Part shown: in pieces, positions 1-12,522 of the stretch | How positions within the stretch are numbered: position 1 is the first letter of the stretch | How the letters are laid out: every line of letters begins with the position of its first letter | Assembly (NCBI GenBank): GCA_028534125.1 | Contig: CM052817.1 | Span: forward strand, 33,978,001 to 34,042,000 | Direction: 5' to 3' | From: Lama glama | Taxonomy: Eukaryota | Length of the DNA: 64,000 nt | Program-made: the position numbers and the translations under genes | The notes under the pieces: generated by a model | Databases searched by the model: none | What the model was told of the DNA's origin: nothing | Seen by the model: only the letters and a program-made list of their open reading frames with translations

Positions 1-539
1 ATTGGCTAGGCGTTGTCAGTTCTTATTACAGGATTACTAATGCCAACTGATGCTTTTCTGCCCTTATCTTATTTGACCTTCCTAAGAGATAAGTGACACC
101 TGAACACTCCCTGAAATCTCCTTGTGTCACAGCCCTCTCTGTTTTTGCCTTTCTGACCCTTGCTTATCTGAATTCTGGCCTTTGTGGGATCCTCTTTTTC
201 TGCTTGTCCTTTAAATGTGTTTCCCTTAGTGCTGACATCAGCCCCTGTTTTTCCTGTGGGGTACACTCCATCTGGGGTGACCTCACCCAAACCCTTGGCT
301 GCAGCCACCTCTCTATGGCCCGGCCCCATGCTGAGCTTCAGGTCCGCAGATCTGGCTGGTGAGAACCCGCCAGGCTCAACTCCACATCCCTCTCTTTCCA
401 TTACAAACCTGCTTCCATGTCTTGCTGCAGGGAAGCAGGTGGCAGCTGACACCAGACATCTGTCCCTCTCTCCACTCACCTACCACAATACTGTCAGTGA
501 TCACCATCTACTGGGTCTGCTAAGCGTCTCTCTCCTTCA

Positions 540-1252
540 CCCTCCTCGCCATTCTCATCTCTGGGAACCTAATCCAGTTCACCATTCCTTCCGTGGTTCC
601 CCACATTTAGCTCCTTACTATTTACTTCCTGCCTCAAGTTTTGGCTCCTTTCCATTCATCCTTCACTGAGCTTCCCCACTGTCTTTCCAAAATGGAAATC
701 TTATCTCATCTGCCCCCGGAGTAAAGTCCTTTAGTGACTCTTCATAGCTTCATCCCTCCTCGGAGGGTGAAGTTCACGTTTCTTGGCACAAATGGTTCTT
801 GTTTATCTCTGTGGTCTCAACTCTCCCCCTGACCCCCGACCCCCAGCCCGGATCCCACTTCCTCTAGCTGTGCCGCGTTACTTATGGTTCATGTGCCTCA
901 CGAGGTTTCACGCCGCTAGCCCTTTGTATGTGTGCTTCCTACCCCTCCAACATTCTCCCCTGTTCCACCTTCCTCTCCTCCTGATGCCTCAGAATCTAAC
1001 TGCCACCTATTTCGGGGTGTCTCATGAGGCCACCATACAATATGATGTATATGTTCAAACATCACCTTGGACTTAGCTCTGTTACAGCACGTGTAACGAC
1101 TTAATCTTTGACCCCCTTACGTGCCTCTCTTCTTTCTCTGTACATGTCAGAGGACACTATGAGGACAGCATCTGGGTCTTGTCTAACTGCATTTCCAGCA
1201 CCTAACACAGCACATCTGGTACATGGAAGGTGTTCAATAAATACTGAATGAA
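540..1252 (+). mobile_element. L2 LINE relic (3' end)
   Basis: Ends in gcacctaacacagc...ggtacatggaaggtgttcaataaatactgaatgaa, the typical L2 terminus; 5' boundary approximate. Confidence 0.65.
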
Positions 1253-1928
1253 AGCTGGAACTGAGAGCATACCATTATCTTCTTTCATCCTCACAAACTG
1301 GTAGGGTTATTGTTAGCATGGAGCCTACCAATGAGGATCATATATTCATTTCTCCCACTTGATGGACAGAAGACTTTCGAATGGTTACTAGAAAAACAAG
1401 GACCATTAAGTAGACAACTTGACAAGGCTTGTTTCCTTGATATAGTCATTCCACGTCTAGGAAGCTATTCTAAATAATCAGAGACAGGGGAGTTTTATCC
1501 ACCAAGATCTTTACCACAAAGTAATTTATGATAGAAAAAAAAAGCTGGAAAAAATAGAGAAATGATTAAACATCCAGAATTATGGTACATACATATGACT
1601 GACTGAACATTATATTACCATTATATGTTATGTCCACAGGATTTTTAATGATCTGGGACAATGCTTATGTTATGATTAATGAAAAAGCTAGACAGACAAC
1701 TAGCAAATATCATAAAAATCTTAAATCATATAATGGAAAAAAATGCTTAGAATAAGCAGAGAAAAAAGATTTGAAGGAAATACTGAAGGGTTCAGTAATT
1801 AGATCTTGGAGATTTTTGTTTTGTTTTGTTCATTACAATTTTGGGTATTTTTCTAAATTTTTTACAATAAACATCTTTACTTTCACAATCAGAAATATAA
1901 AAATAATTCAAATTATAGATTTGGGCTG

Positions 1929-2520
1929 TGTGAGACTATAGTGAACATTTTTAACTCCCTTTGTGCAACATCATTCCTCCTTCTGGTGAGAGGACCTCAC
2001 TTTTTCTTTGGGGACGCAACCCTCTCCATTTTTAAGCCTAGTGATGTTGATGAAGTGGGCCCTTAACTCTGGCCTCAGGGGTGGGCATGTGACCCGGCCT
2101 GGCCAATCCTCCTGTTCCATCTATCTGGCTTCAGTGACTGGTTCTGGATGGGCATGTGACTTCAGCCAAGTCTATACGTTTATTGGAGATGTTCCTGAAA
2201 GTGGAAAAGCTCTTCTCACCCCAGTACTAATGAGTTGTAAGCCTAGATCTGCACATGAGGTCAGGAAAGCAATACAGAAAAGTACTGCTGAAGGATGGAG
2301 ATGGGGAAGAATTCATATGCGCACGCACACACACCCACACACACACACACACACACCTTCAAGTCCTGATGACTCTGAGCTCTTAGATCTAGGAAAGCCT
2401 GCAACATTATCATCCCTGGACTTTCCAGTTATATGAGTCAATACATTTTAGGTTTCTTTGTTTGCTTTTCAGTCTGAGCTGGGTTTCTACAAGTTGCAAT
2501 CAAGAGTTCTCACTAATACA
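1929..2520 (+). mobile_element. MaLR (MLT1-type) solo LTR with internal (CA)n
   Basis: ggggtgggcatgtgacc..ggccaatc, cctggactttccagttatatgagtcaata and terminal ...ctaataca are MLT1-like motifs. Confidence 0.75.
2314..2356. repeat. Interrupted (CA)n microsatellite / alternating purine-pyrimidine tract
   Basis: catatgcgcacgcacacacacccacacacacacacacacacac. Confidence 0.95.
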
Positions 2521-4949
2521 ATTAGGAAAACAATAAAGACATATAAAGTATAATTCACGAAACGGTCCAGGGCTATCACAAAAGAGTGCAGAACTGGTCC
2601 CATACATCTCACCTGACATAAAACGTTTCCATTATGGTAAATGCTTCTATTGGACATGGTCTAAAATCTAATTCATTTCCAGGGCAGCTCACTCATAGCA
2701 CCTTTTATATGCCTCCTTTTAGTACATAGCTGGCAGGGGGTATTATTAAAAATAGCTAATAACCCTAAAGGCATAGGGACTGGAGGCTCTCTGCTGTAAC
2801 CAGCAGTAAACTTTTAATTACTAGATCTGGGAAGATTTGGGGTATCTCAAGGGAGAAGCTGGAGAGAGAGGACACTTAGGTGTTCAGGGAAGTAGCTTTT
2901 TTCCCAATCAGTACAGAAAGATTTCAATATTCCACCAATAAATATGGCCAACTTGGTGTTACTGGCTGAACACGAGGCCTGGTAACTATTATAGTATCTT
3001 ATTTGGGTATCTGTTTTCCCTCCTGGACTGACTCCTCTAGGCAAAGGATCTGTCTTTTGATTTCTGTAGCTTATGCCTACTTCAGTGCTGATAGACGTTT
3101 ATGAATGATGAGCATGAATGACAGTCCAGCATTGTCTAGTGCCCTATCCCTTTTTTTTTTTTCCTGGTAGAAGTTTCCTGCTTAGAATTAAATTGCAATA
3201 TGGTCTTTTTTTCACCCACTCTTCTGAAGACTTGTTATCCTCTCCAATATCAGCTGATTGAAGAAGAAAATTGTAAATTTTCTCTCTCAGGCATAATGTT
3301 GATATTTTAACACATAGTGATTTTTTCCCCCACTACAAAATAACTTTGGAAATAAATCGAGATCTCAGAAACTTATGATTGCTTTGAGTGATAGCCTTTA
3401 TCTCTGTTATTCTAAGAAAAAGAGGTGGTCTGATGGCCCAGAGCACAAACAGAGCCCTTTGAATTTCTGGTCTCCCACAGCTGTATGACTTAAACCATTT
3501 GCTAGGATGTTGGGGTGTGGGTTCCCCCACTTGACCATAAAGATTGTGGCAGGGCCTCCAGCTATCTATGAACAATGGTCCTCCCAGTGCCTAGCTCCTC
3601 CTCTTTGTTCACGGTAAACACTTAAATGCTTATTGAATGAATATAAAGAAAACATTTAAAGAGACAATCATATACAGTGGTCGAGAAATGATCATTTTAA
3701 AGTGATTAACTTTAAAAATCACTTTTCTTAAACCAGTTTGGGTCCTATCAGCAACAAACAGGAGAGCTTTCAATATTAAATAAAGCAGGGGGAGAACTGG
3801 CTAATTATAAATTTTGGATGCTACTTTAGAGAAGAGTCCAGGTGTATCTAAATTATTCTGTAGCTCTTTCTGATGGGCACTACCAATTTATTTTCCACTC
3901 TTAAGCTTTCTAGAGAGGTGTTTTACTGATATATTAGAATGCAGAGAAAGCTCATTGCATCTTAAAATAATTGGGTCTCCCCTCTCTTAGCTGTGATCTT
4001 GGGTCACTTTTAGAAGCAAAATAATAAACATATCTACCTCACAAAGCTGTTATCGTGAGCATGAAATAACATTCACCCTAAGGAGGAACTATAAAACCCT
4101 ATACAGATACTGTTGTTTCCTTGGGTAAAGCACTTCCTAGGCAGTGGAACTTGGCTTAAGAGGATCGTTTTACTATTGTTTTGCTCTTGGTGCAGGCTAG
4201 GGCAGCTAAGAGGAACACAAAAATCCCCACCCCTGTAACTGTCGTCTGATAGAGAGGCAGAGAAAAAAAAAAAGGCGCCAGGAGGGTTTAGCACAACGAC
4301 GCGGGCACAAGTGGATTTAAAAACTCGGGCTCCCACAGCAAACTTCGCCAGGCACCACTCCCTACCCCAAAGCCTCAGTCTCCAGAAAGGTCTCAGCAGG
4401 GGCTTGTTGGGCAGAGGCCACGCCGAGCAATAGAAAACAACTGTGTTCTTACAGATTAAGGAGCAGGTGAAGAAAAAGCATTAAGAATTACCTACGCCCT
4501 GGCCCAGCCTTTTACTGCGGTGCCAGGCGCCACGCTTGGTCCTCCTCGAATAACAGGAATAGAGCAGAATGTTGGGGCCTAGGTTCCCCCCAATACCTGT
4601 CCCCCGGAGTACCTCCACTATCTTCGGCCCCCAGCCTCCTCCCTCGGGGGCGTGTTCGAGGGGCGGGCGGCGGACCTTTATTGTCTAGGGAGCACCTGCC
4701 AGGCGGCTGCCCGTGCCCTGATGTGCGCGTGGTGCCCAGCTTCACAAAGCGCGCGGGCAGCACCACCCTCGTCCCGGAACCGCCTCCGGCGGCCGGACCA
4801 CATCACAGGGGAGGAGAGGTGGAGAGATGAAGGGGCTCTGAGGTCGGGAGCGGGCGGAGAGGGCCGGCGTGCCCTCCCCCCTCCCTGCAGGCTCAGTCCC
4901 CCGGGATCAGCACGTCGAAAGAGCAGGGGTCAGACGCCGCCGCCAGGGA

Positions 4950-5151
4950 GCGAGACCCAGGCGGGAAGGAGGGAGGGGAGGCGAGGAGGGGCGCGGAGAA
5001 GGGGCGTGGCCGGCGCGCCGGAGGAGGGCGCTGGGAGGAGGGGCTGCTGCTCCGCGCTCGCGGCTCTGGGGGCTTGGCTTTGCCGCGCTCGGTGCACTTG
5101 GGCGAGAGCAGGAACGTGGAACAGAGCTCCGGTCCCAGCGCAGCCACCGCG
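4950..5151 (+). promoter_or_regulatory. KIT TATA-less core promoter/5' UTR with GC boxes and a G-rich region homologous to human kit2/kit*/kit1
   Basis: GAGGGCGCTGGGAGGAGGGG, GGGGCGTGGCCGGC and 5' UTR GCTCTGGGGGCT..GGCTTTGCCGCGCTCG closely match the human KIT proximal promoter as recalled. Confidence 0.9.
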
Positions 5152-5218
5152 ATGAGAGGCGCTCGCGGCGCCTGGGATTTCCTCTTCGTCCTGCTTCTCC
5201 TGCTCCGCGTCCACACAG
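5152..5218 (+). CDS. KIT: KIT exon 1 coding part (signal peptide MRGARGAWDFLFVLLLLLRVHT-G)
   Basis: ATG at 5152, 67 nt, donor CAG|GTGGGA at 5219. Confidence 0.99.
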
Positions 5219-8200
5219 GTGGGAGGACGCCGCGGGCAGCTGGGCCGCGCCCCCCCCTCGCCCCCCCGCCAGCACAGCCTGTGCCTCCCGAGGGCTCGAA
5301 CACGTTGGGATGTGTTGGGAGAGGTGGCTGCTGGTCCTCCGGTGCCCGTGCGTTTCAGCCTCCCGGAAGATTCGCGGCGGCCCTGGGACCCTCCTGCGTC
5401 CTGCCCTGCTCACCTGCGCCAGGAGCCCCCCTCCGCTTGTGTTGGGGCTCTGAGCTGTGGGTCTTCCTGGAACGGGGGCGGTGAGGGGGCTTAGGCGTGA
5501 GCAAGGTGCGGGTTCAGGGCAGCGGGCTGCGTGCGAGTTTGGGGCTGCTTTTGTGCGCAGGGCGAGCTGGGCGGCTCGGGAGTTCGCACCCAGCGCGTTA
5601 TCTCCGCCCGGAGAGGCGCGGCCGCTGCTTCCTTTTGTTAAAAGTTGTGCGTGTGCGAGCGGGGCACGGGAGAACCGGCTAGCAGCTTCTCCTCCGCGCC
5701 GAGGGCGAAGTTGGAGGAGAACCTTTTCTTTGCTGTGCGGCGGCTGCCTTCCAAACCGCTGCACTCTTTGTACACCAGAGCCGGAGACCGTACCGGCTGC
5801 CTCTTCTGCTCGCGGCGCCACCCTGGACCCGAGTCGAAGGCTGCGGCATCCCCCGGTCGCCTTTTGCACGGGGAGCGCGCCGCGTGCGGCTCTGGGGCCG
5901 CCAACCTGGAGGTGCGGTTCCAGGCACAACTTGGGCAGGGCGTGTGGAAAGCAGCCGCTAGGTTGCAGACTTTTTGCTTTTGTAGATCCCGTGCCCGAGG
6001 CTCGCCCCTTTCTGCCGCGGTGCCGTTTCTTTTATGCAGCGCGCCTCAGAGCGGCGGGTGGATACGTTTGCTGCTTGCTCCCGAGGGAGGCAGGGTCTGT
6101 GCGCCGGGACACTGTGGTCCCCGACCCTGGCCACTGCCTATGTCCTGCTAGAGTGCCCGGCCAGGCTGGCGGGGCTCTGCAAACCACTCGACTCAGTGTC
6201 TAAGACCTGTAATCGCAGGTCCATGTTTTTGAGGGGAGAATTTTAAGATTCGCAAGACCCCTTCCTATGTGATCTTTCTACTTAAGGGCTGCCTGTGGTA
6301 GGGGGTAGGAGATGGAGTGGAACTTTCTGCAAATCTTACTTGGATCTTAAAGCTGCTGTGAAAATCTCTTACATCTGCGCCGGAACTTGGGTCTTCAGGT
6401 GGAGAATGAGGAGAATTTGCAGGCTCCTGGAAGCCCTCAGATTCCTGCCCCTTCTCTTTTTTTTTTCTGGGTGTCGCTGGTGCGCGAGCGAGCACAGGTC
6501 GCCCGGCTAACCCTTGAAGCCCTGCTGTTTCCCAGGTCTTTTTTTTTTTTTTGAATTTTCAAGACTGATTTGATGATGTAAGGATAGAAGGGGAATTAAA
6601 GGGCTCCAAAGGAAGCATCGTTGTTACTGGCTATATAGACTGCTGGTCAGTTTTCTTGTAAAGTCTTAAGATGCAGCCGTCCCCTTCCCGGTCTTGTAAG
6701 GCATTGTAAGGGCTTTCCTGTAGGGGAAGAGAGTAGGAGGGATCATGAACTGAGTGTCCGGATTCCGGTGGCGGATTTGACCTCCTAAGCTTCAGACAAG
6801 CCGTTTGGTCATTACATCTTTGTGCCCTGACATTTTAATTTCAGTTAAGGTGTGTGCACCGGGCCCGATGAGGGCACTGGAAAGACAGACCACACAGACG
6901 ATTTCCTCTTTTTAAAATTAAATGAATCAATTGCTTCCTTATTCCTCGTAATTAGCCTGCTCCATCCAACAGATTTTTGGCAAAGGGGATGTTAAGGTCT
7001 GGCTCCTGGGGGGCAGTATGGTGTAGTGACAAAGGCTTGTACTGCCTTCCTGGTTCTCCTTTTCTCAGCTTTTATTGACTGTGTGCCATTGTGCCAGTCC
7101 CTTAAATTTGGGGGAGTCCAGGGCCCTCGGCAGGACAGTGAGGCATCTGCACCATGAAGGATCCTTTGGGTCCCAGATTCTCCTCTTCCAGTGTTCTGAG
7201 TGGAGAATCTTCTCTTTTTCTGAACCCTTTCTTTGAATCCTTCCTGCCTCCTTGAAATTCCTCTGCCTCTCTTGCTCACAGGGACCCCTTGGTGGTATCC
7301 TGCTCTTCTACCCCTGTTTAAAGCAGGGAGGTGTGGTTTATGTTACCCTCTCCCCAGTCTACACATGGTCACCTGCAGTTTTACTTTGAGGGCTAGAAGG
7401 TGCCAACTCTGCAGGACCCTCCATCCCTGCCCCCCAACCCCCACCCCAGTGTTTACAGCTCCTGTGCCCAGCAGGATGGACCTGCAAGGAATAGCACATC
7501 ATACCCTCCCCTTGTTCCTGCAGGTGTGAGGCTAGAGTCATCCCCAGCAGCTGGACACAGGACATTCTGGATTATTGTCCTGCTGGAAATAACATGATGA
7601 TCTTAGAAAGGGATCCCAGAAAATTCAGTTATCCCCATTCTGGTCTTCCCCACTCACCCACACATTTTTTTCTTAGGACTTTATAAATCATGCACGCTGT
7701 GCTCTTGCAAACACATTTTCTGATGTGCCTTAAATTTCACTTTAGTGCTGGACCCTTCTCGGGGGCCTTTACCTGACATTTCCTGTCCTCTCAATCCCTG
7801 GTAGGTACCATCCCTATCATATCACTGGAGAAACTGGCTGAAGATAAACCAGTTCCCAAAATAATCAGTGCTGGAGCCTGAGGTTGGCCCCATATGCCCA
7901 GCTATAGATCCATTCACATGATTATCAGAATCAGTTGTACAGTGAGATTTATTTGAAACTGTTATATATTCTGTGCCAGGCATCGTTGGAAGTTCTGGGA
8001 ATACAGGATGGTCAAGATCATCACCTTCCCAATTCTGGTGAAAAAGACCTAGAATTGCCTGGCATAGGATGTCTGAGTTAGAGCATTTTCAATTGGAGGG
8101 AAGTATTCACTGAAGGGGAAGTCATTAAATTATAGCTGCCTGGGGTGGGCTAGGTAGGATTTGACCCTGGGTGTGAGGGCTTTAGGTATTAGCTGTCCAT

Positions 8201-9051
8201 TGCAGTTAGAGTCCCTCAGAAATGGAGATAAGCTGCCTCTAAAGTGTTGGTGCAAGTCAGTTGAAATTTTCCCATCCCCCCACTCCAAAGAAAAGTGATC
8301 TGAGCATCCTATACTTGCAGCGTACTCGTGAGAAAGAAAACCCCCAGCGGTGGGGAATACCATTGGCCGTTTATCCTGGATGAGCCGGATGAGATATAAT
8401 GGCAGCTCACCACCCAGAGCCTTTCTTCTTCCAAACAGATTCTCATCAGAAACATGCCAAGTTATTTAGTGGGCTTCCCTTGGCGCATGTTTATGTACAG
8501 ATGTTGTTGTGGTGATGGATTTTGCTGCTGTTGTTGACGGCCGCCAGAAGTGGCCCTTAGGATTTTGACTCATTTCCTCAAGTCTCCCCCAGCTGATTAA
8601 AGAAGGACACCAGGAAATGAGCGGCGATGTCCTGAGCGGAATTCTTGAAGCTGGACTGCAGTGCAGGGACCCCTCCAAGGCAGTGGTCAAGGATGGAGCA
8701 GCATTTTCTCCAGAATGAATTTAATTTCACAGCCCTCAGACACGGGATGTGCTTAGTGTAGCTGCAACACGTGTGGTAGTAACTTTTTTAAAAAAGGGAC
8801 TGGAAGACATTTGAAAAAATCATAGCATGCAAAATTTCACATGCAGTCTCTTTAACTAGATATTTTCATGGCTGCAAATCCAAGGTGAAGAAGGGCCTAC
8901 AGGTGAGTTACCAGAGGTAAGAGTTTGAATCTAGGGTGTATCTAGTGTAAATCTTTGTTGAAAGTAGAGGGGACCTATGAGTAAGCATGGCCTAGCAGCT
9001 CTGGTTTCTGACATTTTAGATGTGACAGCCCACCTTTTGACTTCAGGCACT

Positions 9052-9428
9052 TTTTAAAAATTGAAGTATAGTTGATTTACAATGCTGTGTTAGTTTCTGG
9101 TATTCAGCATATTCAGTTACACACATATATATTCTTTTTCATATTCCTTATCATTATAGGTTATTACAAGATGTTGAATATAATTCCCTATGCTAAATGA
9201 TTGGACCTTGTTGTCTATCTATTTTGTAATAGTATCTGCAAATCCCAATCTCATTTCTCCCTCTCCTTCCCCTCCCCTGTAACCATAAGTTTGTTCTCTA
9301 TGTCTGTGAGTTTGTTTCTGTTTTGTAAATAAATTCATTTGTGCCACATTTACATTCCACATATAAGTTATATATATTTGTCTTTCTCTGTCTGACTTAC
9401 TTCACTTAGTATGACAATCTCTAGGTCC
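9052..9428 (-). mobile_element. 5'-truncated L1 3' end (cetartiodactyl type)
   Basis: ttgaagtatagttgatttacaatg...gacttacttcacttagtatgacaatctctaggtcc; degenerate TSD tgacttc at 9038 and 9429. Confidence 0.88.
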
Positions 9429-9699
9429 TGACTTCGGACTCTTAGTTGCAAGCTGATAGCCCTTGCACTTGTTTTGTTTGGCCCACATTATGCTTTTTTA
9501 GAAAACGTTGGGGGCAATGTTAAAAATCTGGAGAATTTGTATCAAGATCTAGATTTCTTTATTCTCTAGAAAACTCTGCCTCTTTAGATGGGACCTTTGC
9601 TGGTCTGGTTGCTCTAGGCAATACCGCTCTCTATTACACTTCCTTAGGTTTTTAGGCATTTAGCCTTGGGCCCCGGTGAGCACAGGTGGGATCACGCAG

Positions 9700-10085
9700 G
9701 TAACTAGTGGAAGGAGCACAGGCTTAAGGAATGGAGAGAGCCTTTTATCAGTGACAGCTTTGCAGCCTTGAAACAAGTTGCTTACTCTGGCTGAGCTTCA
9801 CGTTTCCATCGTAGTGTTAGCTGTGTGACTTTGGGGAAATTACCTAACTTCTCTGTGCCAGTAAATGTGTGACTACGTATGTGTTTAGAATGATGCTACT
9901 TGGCACACTCATGGTCCAAACTCAATACATGTCAGCCATAATTATTATTTGTAAAATAGAAATTGTTATCCATAAAACGAGAATAATGCCTACTTTAATG
10001 TGATTGCTCTAAAGATTAGAAACCAATTCTTGTAAAGATACTTGGCACTGGGTTGGGGATGGGATAGGCACCTAACGAATGAGGA
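9700..10085 (+). mobile_element. MIR SINE fragments
   Basis: MIR core agctgtgtgactttggggaaattacctaacttctctgtgcc. Confidence 0.7.
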
Positions 10086-11887
10086 AACTCCATGGTTATG
10101 TGGAATTTGACTACTTTTCTTTATAATCCTTGCATGCAGATACCAATAGGTACTAACTTGACAGCTTTTAAGAAGAAATAGACTTTAACTTTTGTCTTGA
10201 GATTTATATAGCTTTTGACATAACAGTTGGGAATCACTAGTCTTAGAGACTGAACAGATCTTGGAAAATTTTTTTTCCCCAGGGGAAAAACCCCCAGACG
10301 ATTCCTCCAATGAAGACTTTCATACCTGCTTAATTTTCCCATTCATCTTGCTTTCTAGCCCTCGTGCTTACATTTTGATTATAACACACTTTTGTTAGCT
10401 ACCTTCTGCTGCATACCTTTCTGACAGGTTTCTAAGGCTTTTGCAAACTTGAAAGTTTAAGCTAAATTGTTCTTCAGGGCATGTGGCACCAGAGTCAAGG
10501 GCTTGGGCTCTGAAATTGACAAGCTGGATTTTCATCCAGTCTCTTGCCAGCTCTGCTATCTGAGATAAGACCCTTCACCTCTACTTAAACTTCATTTCTT
10601 CGCCTGTAAAATGGGGTTGAAGGCACGCGGCTACTGGAAGGACGAAGTTAGATTATGGGGGAAACACACTTGGCGCAGTGTCCCTTATGGGGAAAGCTCA
10701 GGGACTCCACCATCAGGCTGATTTTATGTTCCCTCTTCAGCATTGTCTCTTAGAAAAGAAATTTGGAAATGGTCTAAAACCAGACTATATAGAGGTTATT
10801 TTTTGTTTGTTTGTTTTGTTTGTTTGTTTTTTAGTATTAAGGTGGAGTTTCTAAAAGGTTCACAGTTAGTGTTAATGTAGACTTTTCTCCCTGGTTCTTT
10901 GTTTAGCCTTATAGCCTGCTCTCCACCAAAGGGGATAAAGATTTCTGGATAAACGTTTAGGAGGGGAACGTTCTGTAAATGGCTAATTTCTCAAGGTGAC
11001 AGGTGTAGGTCACAGAGGGTCCTTGAACCCTATTGCCTTGTAAAGTGGCATTGAAAGCACCTTGGGAGGGAGGAGCTTTTCTGACCTTCCCCAGGTGGGA
11101 GGGATCAAGCTGAGCTTGTCTGTTGCCCAGGGCTGGATACACAGTGGTGCTCAGTCAATACCCATTTAAACTCTCTCCTATTTTCCAGCACTTGCATGGA
11201 GCTTTGAATGTAATAAATGCTCAGTCAACATCACAGATTCAGTTTAACAAAGGCTGATCTATCCCTATGCCTCAGTCCTTGCAGGGACTCTAGGTATGGG
11301 CTCCGGGGGTTGGGGAGGAACGGAGTAAGACCAGAGCCACGAATTCAGAGTAGAATTTGGTGTCTTAAGAAGTGCCCAGGCAAGATTTCAGAGGAGTTTA
11401 CGTCTTGATGGGCAGGTGATAGAGATTGGGCAGGGATGAGTAAAAGTGTTCACGTGGGAGATAATATTTGACATTAATTTCTGCACCTTAAAAGAGGATC
11501 AGTTGCCTGTAGTTGAGGCTTAGATTGCAAAAAGCTCCTGAAACAGGGAGCAAGACATTCAGATCTTATTTGAGGATTGTCAAATCTTTCAATTGGTGTG
11601 ATGGCTGAGGGTAGGGAATTGGAGTGGAAGAGGCTAGAAAGGCAGACTCTGGTTGGCCTCAAGGAGCATTGGAGGGAGGGTGTATTCAGCGTTGAGTTTG
11701 GTCCATATTCTGAAAAAGGCTTTGAAGTCAAGACTAAGGTGGCCTTGGCCCAGTAGAGGCCCTCCTGGCTTTGCTTACTAGTCCACGGCTGTTCGCTCTA
11801 CCATTCTATCCAACCACACTGCCCAGCCCGCTCCAAACACTCGGAGTTTGCTGGGGGCAGCTGAAACTAAGGGAGGGGTATGTGTTT

Positions 11888-12522
11888 AAATTTTGGCAAA
11901 ATACACATAACATGAAATTTACTATCTTAACCATTTTTTTGGTGTACAGTCCAGTGATGTTACTTACAATCACAATGTCGGGAACCCATCTTCAGAACCC
12001 TAAACTGAAACTCTGGATCCATGAAACACCCTGTCCCTCAGCCGTTTGCAACCAATATTCTACTTTCTATTTTTAAAAATATTTTATTTATTTATTTATT
12101 ATTGTATTACATTTTTTTTTTGAGGGGGGAGAGAGGTAACTATGCTAAATTTTTTTAGAGGAGATACTGGGGTTTGAACCCAGGACCTTGCGCACGCTAA
12201 GCATGCGCTCTACCACTTGATCTATACCTTCCCCCCATTCTACTTTTTGTCTGTATAGGGACCTCATATAAGTGGAATCAATATTTGTCCTTGTGACTGG
12301 CTTACTTTATTTAGCATACTGTCCTCAAGGTTCATCTATGTTGTAGCATATGTCAGAGTTTCCTTCCTTTTTAATGTATATATTTACGTATGTGTGTATA
12401 TATATGTGTATGCATATGCCACATTTTGTTTTGTCATCCATTAGTGTACTCTTGGGTAAATTCCCTCTTTTGCCTACTGTGAAGAATGCTGTTATGAACG
12501 TGGGTGTACAAATGTTATCTGA
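11888..12522 (-). mobile_element. L1M (L1MB-like) 3' end interrupted by a SINE
   Basis: aaaatacacataacatgaaatttactatcttaaccatt...tcaaggttcatctatgttgtagcatatgtcag...gaatgctgttatgaac. Confidence 0.85.
12067..12236 (-). mobile_element. Camelid tRNA-derived SINE (Vic-1-like) nested in L1
   Basis: Reverse complement of the tRNA-like head; TSD attctacttt at 12057-12066 and 12237-12246. Confidence 0.9.

Larger units (their letters stand above)
4270..6510. promoter_or_regulatory. CpG island spanning the KIT promoter, exon 1 and start of intron 1
   Basis: Sharp rise in GC and CpG density relative to flanks; boundaries estimated by eye. Confidence 0.92.

Noticed and set aside
4652..6203. Long overlapping ORFs on both strands around exon 1 (e.g. 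340 aa antisense 4907-5929, 248 aa 5457-6203)
   Set aside because: Expected from stop-codon depletion in a CpG island; mostly non-ATG starts, Arg/Gly/Pro/Ala-rich, no recognisable domain
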